Assembly (NCBI RefSeq): GCF_018977255.1 | Contig: NW_024704743.1 | Span: 14,758,001 to 14,822,000 of the forward strand | Length of the DNA stretch: 64,000 nucleotides | Source of the DNA: Callorhinchus milii | Lineage: Eukaryota | Reading direction: 5' to 3' | In this document: positions 52,001-64,000 of the stretch, piece after piece | How the letters are laid out: each line of letters begins with the position of its first letter | How positions within the stretch are numbered: the first letter of the stretch is position 1 | Notes under the pieces: generated by a model | The model's database searches: none | Told to the model about the DNA's origin: nothing | The model's input: the letters and a program-made list of their open reading frames with translations, nothing else | Position numbers and translations under genes: made by a program

Positions 52001-55000
52001 TCACTCTCACACGCAGTATCACTCAGTGTCACTCACACCCAGTGTCATTCTCACACTCAGTGTCACTCCCACACTCAGTGTCACTCTCTCACTCAGTATC
52101 ACTCTCACAGCCAGTGTCACTCTCACACCCAGTGTCACTCTCACACTCAGTGTCACTCTCACACTCAGTGTCACTCTCACACTCAGTGTCGCTCGCACAC
52201 TCAGTGTCACAATCACACTCAGTGTCACTCTCACACTCAGTGTCACTCTCACACTCAGTGTCACTCAGTGTCACTCTCACACTCAGTGTCACTCAGTGTC
52301 ACTCTCACACTCAGTGTCACTCTCACACTCAGTGTCACTCAGTGTCACTCTCATACTCAGTGTCACTCTCACACTCAGTGTCACTCTCACACTCAGTGTC
52401 ACCCTCACACTCAGTGTCACTCTCACACTCAGTGTCACTCAGTGTCACTCTCACACTCAGTGTCACTCTCACACTCAGTATCACTCAGTGTCACTCTCAC
52501 ACTCAGTGTCACTCAGTGTCACTCTCACACTCAGTGTCACTCAGTGTCACTCTCAGACTCAGTGTCACTCAGTGTCACTCTCACACTCAGTGTCACTCAG
52601 TGTCACTCTCACACTCAGTGTCACTCAGTGTCACTCTCACACTCAGTGTCACTCTCACACTCAGTGTCACTCAGTGTCATTCTCACGCTCAGACGCACAC
52701 ACACTCATTGTCACTCTCACACTCAATGTCTGTCACTCAGTTTCACTCTCACACCCTGTGTTACTCTCACACTCAGTGTCACTCTCATACTCAGTGTCAC
52801 TCTCACACCCAGTGTTGCTCTCAAACCCAGTATCACTCAATGTCACTTGCACACCCAGTATCACTCTCACATCCTGTGTCACCCAGTGTCACTCACACTC
52901 AGTGTCACTCTCACACTCAGTGTCACTGTCACACCCAGTGTCACTGTCACACCCACTCAATCAGTGTCATTCTCACATCTAGTGTCATTCTCACACCCAG
53001 TGTCACTCTCAAACTCAAAGTCACTCAGTGTCACTACTCACACTAAGTGTCATTCTCACACTCAGTGTCACTCAGTGTCACACTCACACTCAGTGTCACT
53101 CAGTATAACTTTCACACTCAGTGTCACTCTCACACTCAGTGTCACTCACACACCTAGTGTTACTCTCGCACCCAGTGTCATTCGGTGTCACTCTCACACC
53201 CAGTGTCACTCTCAAACTCAGTGTCATCTAGTGTCACACTCACACTCAGTGTCATTCGGTGTCACTCTCACACTCAGTGTCACTCTCACACTCAGTATTA
53301 CTCCCACACCGAATTTCGCTCTCACTCTCATACTCACCGTCACTCCGTTTCACTCTCACATCTAGTGTCATTCTCGCACCCAGTGTCACTCTCAAACTCA
53401 AAGTCATTCAGTGTCACCCTCACACTCAGTGTCACTCAGTGTCACTCTCACACGCAGTATCACTCAGTGTCACTCACACCCAGTGTCATTCTCACACTCA
53501 GTGTCACTCTCACACCCAGTGTCATTCTCACAACCAGTGTCATTTAGTGTCACTCTCATACTGTGTCACTCTCATACTCATTGTCATTCTCACACTCAGT
53601 GTCACTCTCACAGTGTCACCCTCAAACCTAGTGTCACTCTCACATCCAGTGTCACTCTCACACCTAGTGTCATTCTCGCACCCAGTTCATTCTCACACTC
53701 AGTGTCACTCCCACACTCAGTGTCACTCTCTCACTCAGTATCATTCTCACAGCCAGTGTCACTCTCACACCCAGTGTCACTCTCACACTCAGTGTCACTC
53801 GCACACTCAGTGTCACTCTCACTCAGTGTCACTCAGTGTCACTCACATTCAGTGTCACTCTCACACTCAGTGTCACTCTCACACTCAGTGTCACTCAGTG
53901 TTACTCTCACACTCAGTGTCACTCTCTCTCAGTGTCACTCTCACACTCAGTGTCACTCTCACTCAGTGTCACTCTCACATTCAGTGTCACTCTCACACTC
54001 AGTGTCACTCAGTGTCACTCTCACACTCAGTATCACTCTCACACTCAGTGTCACTCAGTGTCACTCTCACACTCAGTGTCACTCTCACACTCAGTGTCAC
54101 TCTCTCACTCAGTGTCACTCTCACACTCAGTGTCACTCTCACACTCAGTGTCACTCTCACACCCAGTGTCACTCAATGTCACTTGCACACCCAGTATCAT
54201 GCTCACATTCTGTGTCACCCAGTGTCACTCACACTCAGTGTCACTGTCACACTCAGTGTCACTCTCACACCCAGTGTCATTCTCACACCCAGTGTCACTC
54301 TCAAATTCAGTGTCATCTAGTGTCACACTCACACTCAGTGTCATTCGGTGTCACTCTCACACTCAGTGTCATTCTCACACCCAGTGTCACTCCGTTTCAC
54401 TCTCACATCTAGTGTCATTCTCGCACCCAGTGTCACTCTCAAACTCAAAGTCATTCAGTGTCACCCTCACACTCAGTGTCACTCAGTGTCACTCTCACAC
54501 GCAGTATCACTCAGTGTCACTCACACCCAGTGTCATTCTCACACTCAGTGTCACTCCCACACTCAGTGTCACTCTCTCACTCAGTATCACTCTCACAGCC
54601 AGTGTCACTCTCACACCCAGTGTCACTCTCACACTCAGTGTCACTCTCACACTCAGTGTCACTCTCACACTCAGTGTCGCTCGCACACTCAGTGTCACAA
54701 TCACACTCAGTGTCACTCTCACACTCAGTGTCACTCTCACACTCAGTGTCACTCAGTGTCACTCTCACACTCAGTGTCACTCAGTGTCACTCTCACACTC
54801 AGTGTCACTCTCACACTCAGTGTCACTCAGTGTCACTCTCATACTCAGTGTCACTCTCACACTCAGTGTCACTCTCACACTCAGTGTCACCCTCACACTC
54901 AGTGTCACTCTCACACTCAGTGTCACTCAGTGTCACTCTCACACTCAGTGTCACTCTCACACTCAGTATCACTCAGTGTCACTCTCACACTCAGTGTCAC

Positions 55001-57155
55001 TCAGTGTCACTCTCACACTCAGTGTCACTCAGTGTCACTCTCAGACTCAGTGTCACTCAGTGTCACTCTCACACTCAGTGTCACTCAGTGTCACTCTCAC
55101 ACTCAGTGTCACTCAGTGTCACTCTCACACTCAGTGTCACTCTCACACTCAGTGTCACTCAGTGTCACTCTCACACTCAGTTTCACTCAGTGTCACTCTC
55201 ACACCCTGTGTTACTCTCACTCTCAGTGTCACTCTCACACTCAGTGTCACTCCAGTGTCACTCTCACACTCAGTGTCACTCTCACACTCAGTGTCACTCT
55301 CACACTCAGTGTCACTCTCTCACTCAGTGTCACTCTCACACTCAGTGTCACTCTCACACTCAGTGTCACTCTCACACCCAGTGTCACTCAATGTCACTTG
55401 CACACCCCAGTATCATGCTCACATTCTGTGTCACCCAGTGTCACTCACACTCAGTGTCACTGTCACACTCAGTGTCACTCTCACACCCAGTGTCATTCTC
55501 ACACCCAGTGTCACTCTCAAACTCAGTGTCATCTAGTGTCACACTCACACTCAGTGTCATTCGGTGTCACTCTCACACTCAGTGTCACTCTCACACTCAG
55601 TATTACTCCCACACCGAATTTCGCTCTCACTCTCATACTCACCGTCACTCCGTTTCACTCTCACATCTAGTGTCATTCTCGCACCCAGTGTCTCTCTCAA
55701 ACTCAGTCATTCAGTGTCACCCTCACACTCAGTGTCACTCAGTGTCACTCTCACACGCAGTATCACTCAGTGTCACTCACACCCAGTGTCATTCTCACAC
55801 TCAGTGTCACTCCCACACTCAGTGTCACTCTCTCACTCAGTATCACTCTCACAGCCAGTGTCACTCTCACACCCAGTGTCACTCTCACACTCAGTGTCAC
55901 TCTCACACTCAGTGTCACTCTCACACTCAGTGTCGCTCGCACACTCAGTGTCACAATCACACTCAGTGTCACTCTCACACTCAGTGTCACTCTCACACTC
56001 AGTGTCACTCAGTGTCACTCTCACACTCAGTGTCACTCAGTGTCACTCTCACACTCAGTGTCACTCTTACACTCAGTGTCACTCAGTGTCACTCTCATAC
56101 TCAGTGTCACTCTCACACTCAGTGTCACTCTCACACTCAGTGTCACCCTCACACTCAGTGTCACTCTCACACTCAGTGTCACTCAGTGTCACTCTCACAC
56201 TCAGTGTCACTCTCACACTCAGTATCACTCAGTGTCACTCTCACACTCAGTGTCACTCAGTGTCACTCTCACACTCAGTGTCACTCAGTGTCACTCTCAG
56301 ACTCAGTGTCACTCAGTGTCACTCTCACACTCAGTGTCACTCAGTGTCACTCTCACACTCAGTGTCACTCAGTGTCACTCTCACACTCAGTGTCACTCTC
56401 ACACTCAGTGTCACTCAGTGTCACTCTCACACTCAGTTTCACTCAGTGTCACTCTCACACTCAGTGTCACTCTCACACTCAGTGTCACTCAGTGTCACTC
56501 TCACACGCAGTGTCACTCAGTGTCACTCTCACACTCAGTGTCACTCAGTGTCACTCTCACACTCAGTGTCACTCTCACACTCAGTGTCACTCTCACACTC
56601 AGTGTCACTCTCACACTCAGTGTCACTCTCACACTCAGTGTCACTCTCAGACTCAGTGTCACTCTCACACTCAGTGTCACTCGGTGTCACTCTCACACTC
56701 AGTGTCACTCAGTGTCACTCTCACACTCAGTGTCACTCAGTGTCACTCTCACACTCAGTGTCACTCAGTGTCACTCTCACACTCAGTGTCACTCTCACAC
56801 TCAGTGTCACTCTCACACTCAGTGTCACTCTCACACTCAGTGTCACTCAGTGTCACTCTCACACTCAGTGTCACTCTCACACTCAGTGTCACTCTCACAC
56901 TCAGTGTCACTCTCACACTCAGTGTCACTCTCACACTCAGTGTCACTCTCACACTCAGTGTCACTCAGTGTCACTCTCACACTCAGTGTCACTCAGTGTC
57001 ACTCTCACACTCAGTGTCACTCTCACACTCAGTGTCACTCAGTGTCACTCTCACACTCAGTGTCACTCTCACACTCAGTGTCACTCTCACACTCAGTGTC
57101 ACTCTCACACTCAGTGTCACTCTCACACTCAGTGTCACTCTCACACTCAGTGTCA
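49050..57155 (+). repeat. ~8.1-kb tandem array; main unit CAGTGTCACTCTCACACT (18 bp) interspersed with 10-bp CAGTGTCACT and 16-bp variants
   Basis: Read directly from the sequence; it produces the periodic SVSLSH/TQCHSH/VTLTLS ORFs. Confidence 0.98.
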
Positions 57156-57159
57156 GGCC

Positions 57160-57660
57160 GCTGACACGTGCTCTTACCGCAGTGTCGGTGCCGGTGCCGG
57201 TTCCGGGCTCCGCTGGTGTCAGTGTGTGTGTGGGGGGGGGGGGGGGGGGGGGGTCACTATGTGGCAGGATGTGAGCCTCTCCGCGGTCGGTCAATAGGGC
57301 AGTTTGTGGCAGGAAGCAGAGGGCGGGCACCGAGCGCCGCGCATGCGCGACCAGTGCTGCCGGTGAGTGACAGGTGTCGCGAGTCCCGGGGACGGAGCTC
57401 GCGCTGCCCCTCCCCCCCCCCCCCTCACTCCCCCCACACACACACACACAGCAGCTCAGGGAGGGGGGGGTTTGCAAAGTCCCGCTTGTTTCCTCCTCCC
57501 CCTGAACTCCCTCACTTCAGCTTTCATTCGTGTCTGTTTCTGCGGTGAGAGCGATGGAGAGGTGTCGTCTCACTCACGTTTCGCCCACAAATGCACAGTC
57601 GGTTCACTTCACAGTCTATTCCGTGAAGCGCTTTGAGACGTCGAGAAGACGTGACAAAGC
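57160..57660. promoter_or_regulatory. CpG-island promoter, probably bidirectional (NRF1, GC box, ETS)
   Basis: CGCGCATGCGCG at 57338-57349, GGGCGGG at 57321-57327, CAGGAAG at 57310-57316; + strand donor CCG|GTGAGT at 57362/57363. Confidence 0.75.
57178..57335 (-). other. Putative non-coding first exon of a minus-strand gene
   Basis: Donor GCG|GTAAGA at 57178/57177 inside the CpG island; no ATG; start position approximate. Confidence 0.55.
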
Positions 57661-57695
57661 GCTATATCAAATGCGAGGATTATTATTGCTATTAT
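57577..57695 (+). mobile_element. Deu SINE 3' fragment, CpG-rich
   Basis: cgtttcgcccacaa...gaagcgctttgagacgtc...aaatgcgaggattatt. Confidence 0.85.
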
Positions 57696-59330
57696 TCTGA
57701 CCTCTCTCACTGGGTGGGAACAGTGCGAGACAACAACAACAACCAATTGCATTTGGACAGCACCTTTTCACATTTTGAGGACAAGGACATCTTGCATTTA
57801 AATAGTGCCCTTCACACACGGCAGCGTCTCGGAATGCTACACAGTGATGTAGTTGGACACTGAGCAAAGGGAAGGGGCTCAAACAGTAGGTCTTAAGGTG
57901 GGTTTTAATCAACAACGACTTGTTGAAAGATAACAACAGCAACAAATTGTATTTCTATGCAACTCCATCCCGCAGCCCCTCTGCCTCGTCCCCTCCCTTG
58001 CCTCCTTCAAGATCCATCTCAAGACCCTCCTCTTCGACTGTACTTTTGATCACCCTCCTACCACACGAGCTGCAGAGTTCTGATGATCTGCAGCCTATGA
58101 AGGGAAGAGTCGGGGAGCCCGACAAGTTTGCATGTTCAAGCCTCGATGTTATGAATGCGCGTATAAGGGTTTCGGTGGCCTGCGATGTGAGACCGGGCGA
58201 TATTGTGGAGGTGGGGGAAGGCAGAGTGGGTCATGGCACGGACGTGGGGTAGAAAGGATAGTTGAGGGTTAAAAAAGACGCCAATGTTCCGGACTGGCTC
58301 AGTGAAGTGGAGTGTGCATCCTTGGATGGTGATGCTGTCAGTGCCTGAGATGTGGAGGTGCTAATGAGAGCCAATCAGTATGGCCTCAGTCTTGTTGACG
58401 TTCAACTGAAGAAAGTTACCTCTCATCCAGGACTTGATGTCTCACAGACATTCTGTCAGGACAGCAGTGGTCCTGGAGTCAAGGGTGGAGGCAGAGAGGT
58501 AGAGTTGGATGTCATCCGCATATATGTCTGCGGATGATGTCACCAATAGGGAGTATATAGATATTGAAGAGGAGGGGACCAAAGACAGAGCTCTGAGGAT
58601 CTCCACAAGAGACGTTGCAGGGGCTAGAGGAAAAAACGTTTGTGGAGATGAAATGAATACGGCGTGAGAGGTAGGATCTGCACCATTCAAGGACAGAACC
58701 ATGAAGGTTGAGGTGAGAGGAAGGCGGTGGATGAGGATAGAGTGGTCAATGGTATTGAAGGCAGCAGAGAGGTCAAGGAGGCAGAGGGAATCCTGGTCGC
58801 AGATGGACAGAATGTCATTTGGCACTTTGACCAGGGCTGTTTTTTGCGTTGTTGGCGGAACAGAAACCCGATTGGAGGGGTTTGTGAAAGGAGTGGCGGG
58901 AGAGGAAGGAGCGAAGCTGGGAAGCAACAACTCATTCCAGGACCTGAGAGAGGAAAGAGAGGTTGAAGATGGGGCGCTAGTTTGATAGCAGGATTGGGTC
59001 CATGGAGATTTTTAAGGATAGGAGTGATGACGGACATTTTTAATGGGGTGGGAGCTGTACCAGTGGACAGTCAGTAGAGGGGCAAGGAGGTGGAGCTGGG
59101 AGGTAAGGAGAGGGGTAGGGATGGGGTCGAAGGAGCAAGTTGTCGGTTTCATGCAGTTATAGTGGTGGTGAGGGAGGAGTGGGAGACAAGATTGAAGGTG
59201 TGGAGGAAGGGATGGGTAGGGGCCAGAATGTGAGTGGGAGATGGGAGTGGGAGGTGGTAGTAGACGGAAGGCCAGTGACAGCTGAGCGGATTGCCTTGAC
59301 TTTGGATTTGAGGAAGTACAGCATCGCCTC

Positions 59331-60724
59331 ATAACATAACATATAGGAGTAGGCCATTCGGCCCTTCAAGCCTGCCCCGCCATTCAATCATGGCTGATCT
59401 TCTAATCTAACTCCAGCTAATAACCTGACCCTGCCTTATCCTCATATCCCTTGATACCTTTTGCAATAAGAAATCTATCTATCTCAGTCTTGAATATGTT
59501 CAAGGACTGAGTATCAACAGCCCTTTGGGGTAGTGAGTTCCATACATTCACCACCCTTTGAGTGAAAAAGTTCTTCCTCAACTCAGTGTGAAAGGGCTGA
59601 CCTCTGATTTTAAGGTTGTGACCCCTGGTTTTAGTTTCTCCAACCAAGAGAAACAATCTCCCACTATCTACTCTATCATGCCCTTTGATGATCTTATAGG
59701 TTTCTATAAGATCCCCTCTAATTCTTCTATATTCTTGAGAATATAGGCCCAAATTGGTCAGCCTATCCTCGTAACTCATCCCCTTCATCCCTGGCACTAA
59801 CCCAGTAAATCTACGCTGCACCCCCTCCAAGGCAAGTACATCCTTCCTAAAATAAGGAGACCAAAACTGGACACAGTATTCAACAACAACAACAACAACA
59901 AGATTCCATTTATAAAGCGCCTTTCACGTCAGGAGGACGTCCCAAGGCGCTGCACAGTTGGGCCATGAACCGAGCAGGGGGGAAATGGTCAGGGTGAGGG
60001 GAGGGAAGGGAGGGAGCGAGGAGGGGGGAAATGGTCAGGGTGAGGGGAGGGAAGGGAGGGAGCGAGGAGGGGGAAGAGAGTCGAGAGGGGAGCTGAAGGC
60101 TCGGTCAAAGAGAAAGGTTTTGAGACCGGCCTTGAAGGAGGAAAGGGAGGAAGCGGCGAAGGCACTGGGGATGGAGTTCCAGAGCCTGGGGGCTGAGAGG
60201 CTGAAGGCCCGACCACCGATGGTAGGGCGATTGGGGCGGGGGACGTGGAGCAGACCGGAGCCAGAGGAACGGAAGGTACGGGCAGGTAGGTAGAGGGATA
60301 GTAGGTTGGAGAGGTAGGAGGGAGCAAGGCCGTGAATGGCCTTGTAGGTGAGGATGAGGTGTGGTCTCACCAGGGCCCTATACAGTTGCAGCAAGACTTC
60401 CCTACTCTTATACTCTAATCCTTTCATAATGAATGCTAACATACCGTTCGCCTTCCTAATTTCTTGCTGCACCTGCAGACTAACTTTCTGTGATTGGTGT
60501 ACAAGGACACCCAAGTCCCTCTGGACGCTAACACATTCCAATCTCTCCCCTTCTAAAAAATAACCCGCTCTACTGTTTTTGCTACATAGGTTGATGACTT
60601 CGCACTTCCCTACATTATACTTCATCTCCACCTACCTGCCCAATCACCTAACCTATCTATGTCTCGCTGCATTTTTTAATGTCACCCTCTGTGTTGGCAC
60701 TTCCTCCTAGTTTTGTGTCATCCA
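59331..60724 (-). mobile_element. Young 5'-truncated CR1 nested in the L2
   Basis: Open ORFs (MKYNVGKC..RDLGV..YRALVRPHL; EGVQRRFT..RGDLIETYKI..FFTQRVVNVWNSLP); (ATGTT)n tail; flanked by CCTC at 59327-59330 and 60725-60728. Confidence 0.95.
59882..60359 (-). mobile_element. Young L2 3' fragment nested in the CR1, with a 46-bp tandem duplication
   Basis: Same subfamily as 9672-10676; duplication at 59976-60021/60022-60067. Confidence 0.95.
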
Positions 60725-62269
60725 CCTCGCAGTTGGTATTGCAGTAAGGACGGGCTAGGCATGAGAAGGTGGGCAAAGATTATCGGAGCAGAACGACGAT
60801 TTAGCAGAGGCAAGGGCAGAGCGATAAGATTTGATAAGGTCCAGGCAGATCTGCCGATGGACCGTTAAGTTTGAGTTAAGCCAGGTGCGTTCAGTGCCAC
60901 GCACTTGTACTTCAAGGGGGCGGAGGAGGCTGGGTCACCCAGGGTGACTTTCATGAATAGAAGAAGGTTCGGGAAATGAGGGGAGCAAGGAAATCGAGAG
61001 TGGTGGAGAGAGAGCTGTGGAGGAGAGTGACCGAGGAGGATAGGTCATTGCGGGAGGAAGCCCAGAGGAGGAGGAGTTCAGATGCCTCTAAGGCAGTGAA
61101 GAGGGAGTGGGGAAAGATATTTTTTCCAGGAGTGGTAGCAGATGGAAGTTGGTTGGGTGGCGGTGGGGAGAGAAATTGATTAGGTAAGAGACATGAAGTG
61201 ATGCTCCAAGATGGCTTTGTAGATGATGGTGAGGTCGAGAGGGTGAGGCCCCAAGTGATCACCAGGTTGAGGGGGTGACCGCAGACGTGGGTGGTGGAGT
61301 GGATGTGGAGGGAGAGGTTGAGGGAGGAGGTAAGGGAGGAGAAGCTAGCAGAGGTAGAGCAGGAGGGGCGAAGTTAAGGTTGAAGTCGCCTAGGATGAGG
61401 AGGCATTCATAACAGAGGGAGAGGGAAGATAGGAGGATGGAGATGTCAGAGAGGAAGGTGGGGGAAGGCTTGGGGGGAGATAGATAAGGAGAATTTTGAG
61501 GGAAAGGATTGAGGGGTGATGAAGGGTAAGGTGCTCACAGGAGGGGAATGTTCCAGAGGTCTGGGGGATAGGCCGAGTGGGAACCGGGAATGAAAGCCAC
61601 ACCGCCACCATGGCGATTAGGTCGTGGGGTGTGATGGACGGTGCAGCCGGGTGGTGTGGCCTCTGTCAGGGGGAAGGTGTCGCCTGGAGTGATCCAGGTT
61701 TTGATGAGGGCGAGAAATTCAATGTTTTCATCGACAATGAGGTCTTGGATGGTGAGTGCTTTACTGGAGAGGGAGCAAACATTTTGAAGGCTGATGAGGA
61801 GGGCGCCAGTTGGTGGCGGAATGTGGGGGACAAGGGGTGGGAGGGGGAGAATTGACAAGGAGGGTGGGGATGTGGATGAGGGAGGAGAAGTTGGCCCCTG
61901 TGGTCAGGGTCCAATGGGTCTTGCAACGAGAATGGGAGATAGGTCAGTCAGAGTTGCTGCTGTTGGACAGCCAGCGGCGTCTGATACAGAGAGTTCCAGA
62001 GGTTAGTGGCTGAAGACACAGGCACCAATTGTGGTGCGGAAGGGTCGGGGGACACAGCAGGCCTGTGCTAGCTGAGCGTTGGGTTGAGGCGGGCTGGGTC
62101 ATAAGAGTATTGTATGGGATTTTTGTGTGGCATTTTTCATTTCGTCATGGGAATTTTTCAATGCAAGTGTAATAAACACAATATATATTTTGTTCCTTCT
62201 GGATTACAAGGAAGGTGATACAATGACCAATGCTCTTCCCGGGGGCATCGGATGAGCTGACTCATACAA

Positions 62270-62330
62270 CTAACAACAACAAATTACCTTTATATAGCGC
62301 CTTATATAACGAGGAAGTCCCAAGGCACCG
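62270..62330 (-). mobile_element. L2 3' tail
   Basis: (AAC)n...tatatagcgcc...gtcccaaggcac. Confidence 0.65.
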
Positions 62331-62839
62331 GGAACTAAACATGGAAAGCTGGCTAGTAGAATAATTCAGAACAGATCAAAAGTAGCTTGTAGGAGAAAAC
62401 AGGTCAACCAGCAATGGAACTGCTACTTGATACACTTACTGTGATTCTAAATATACCATCAGCTCAATTTTGCTTCTGTTACCCTCTACAGTTCAGTTGT
62501 ACTATTTTGTATTAAGTCTTGTATTTAAAGCACATCTTAGCTAATACTATGTGAAGCTTAGTCTACAATAATACTTGAAATGCATGTTATTTGATGCTGC
62601 ATTGACTAACTCCTTCAAAGAGAACTGGATACATGTCTGCTTAAGAAGAGCATTGAAGGATCTAGGTATTGGTGCTGACTGATCTAAGCAAATACTCCAT
62701 AGGTCATAATTATTTCTGTGCTGTTGGAGTTGGCTGGAAGAAAGAGAAGAAGGTTGTATTTTAACAGTAGAGATAAATATTTCTATGAATTTTGCTTCAT
62801 TCCTTTTGGGATTCAAAAAGTATGTAAAAAAGACAAAGA

Positions 62840-63010
62840 AAAACTTATATTTGTTCAGTGCCTTATCACATCTAAACATTTCAAAGTACTCCATAGATAA
62901 TTACAGTCAACTGTAGTGACCACTCTGTAGGCAAACACAACAAACATGTGTTGTCCCTCAACCTTGCCAGAATACCAGCAGAAATGCTCTCCTCTTTTTA
63001 AACTGGTAGG
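62840..63010 (-). mobile_element. Decayed Deu/SacSINE-like fragment
   Basis: gtgccttatcacatc...tcaaagtact tail; ttgccagaatacca..gctctcctcttttt. Confidence 0.45.
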
Positions 63011-64000
63011 CTGGACTTTTGTTTCAAATTTCATCCAAAGCACAATGGTCAATTACAAACTGCAATGATGTGAATAACCATTTTATCTGGAGGATTGTTA
63101 ATAATAATAATGATGATAATATTATTATAATACTATTATACAGTTTGTCTTTACAGGCTTAGTAAATGGGAAAATCAATAGCAAAATATTGTAGTAGGTG
63201 CCTTTCTGAGTGTATTAGTTGTCTGCACTATCTTTCATTACTGCACCTCCAGCAATGCAACACTCATGCAGTACTGGACTGACGTACAGCTTAGACTATA
63301 AGATCAAATTTGAATATGCACTTGAATCTCATGATTTTAATTAATTACCATTGCATGACTGTCATCCCACAAGAATGTAACACTTTTGGTGGTTGGTGCT
63401 CTATTAACGAAACTTCAATTCTTAACAATTTTGCTGATAAAGTTAGAAGTATTGGTGTCATCAGTTGTGTATCAAAACATATATCTAGTGACAAAAGAAA
63501 TAGAAAGTGAGAGACTAAGAACACTAGAGAGCTAAGAGAGGGGACATTTTAGTTCAGAGATCCTGAAAAAAAGATTTTTTGAAAAACAATAAGAATTGCA
63601 GTCAGGAGAGAGAAATGTTATGATAAGTAAGGACAGTAGTGGATATAAAAGATTCAGTCTGAAGTGAAATAATCAAACATCAGAGACAAAGAGATTGTGT
63701 TTGTGCAGGAGAATAGCATCTGTTAGAGGCATTGAGATTGCCATCTATAAGGATTAAAGGCAAGTAAAATTGACATAAAGATGGTGATCAGCAAGCAAGA
63801 TTGCCAGGTATCAGTAACAAAGCAATTGTAATGGAAAGCAGCATCTTTAAATGCAATACTGGGAGGTATGAGAAGAAATTGGAAGGATTGCGTTCAGCAC
63901 AATAACATTTTGGCTGAATGATCTGGATGTGTACGTATAGTTAGTGGGTATTCTTGTGTAGCAAGAGAAAGCATAAATTATCACAATATAACCGTCTTAA

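Larger units (their letters stand above)
57932..62110 (-). mobile_element. Near full-length decayed L2 (APE and RT), interrupted by a CR1; local inversion at 57959-58060
   Basis: APE: LQNVCSLSSKAL...LALIKTW...RHGGGVA (61535-61858); RT: KTALVKV..LLDLSAAFNTIDH, YADDIQLY. Confidence 0.9.

Noticed and set aside
49050..57155. CRISPR-like array or V(D)J recombination-signal array (CAC...GTG words)
   Set aside because: No unique spacers or cas genes; no nonamers at 12/23 spacing and no Ig/TCR segments
48771..57297. Very long ORFs (up to 938 aa) of SVSLSH/TQCHSH/VTLTLS
   Set aside because: All three + frames are open because the satellite unit lacks stops; frames switch at the 10-bp units; no evidence of a protein
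63156..63196. Possible + strand second exon (MGKSIAKYCS) after tttgtctttacag
   Set aside because: The donor (gtgcct) is weak and the peptide is unrecognised

Overview
Non-coding vertebrate DNA, almost certainly from a cartilaginous fish. The repeat inventory (L2 and CR1 LINEs, tRNA-head Deu-domain SINEs with L2-type tails) looks holocephalan/Callorhinchus-like, but this is an inference. No prokaryotic systems and no confidently identifiable host CDS are present. The window is dominated by decayed and young L2 and CR1 fragments, several SINE families, a few DNA-transposon relics and an ~8.1-kb 18-bp-unit tandem array (49050-57155). The array abuts a CpG-rich promoter (~57160-57660) carrying a perfect NRF1 palindrome and two outward-facing splice donors, which suggests a bidirectional promoter; if so, most of 1-57177 is intronic to a minus-strand gene whose few candidate exons could not be named. 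Nearly all long ORFs in the track come from retroelements or the satellite. The most notable observations are: a 158-bp loop-less palindrome at an L2 5' end; a native L2 stem-loop over the RT YADD motif that is damaged in three of the four L2 copies reaching it; an L2>CR1>L2 nested insertion that creates an in-frame chimeric ORF; a polarised satellite starting 22 nt into a putative first intron; and an inverted pair of young SINEs.
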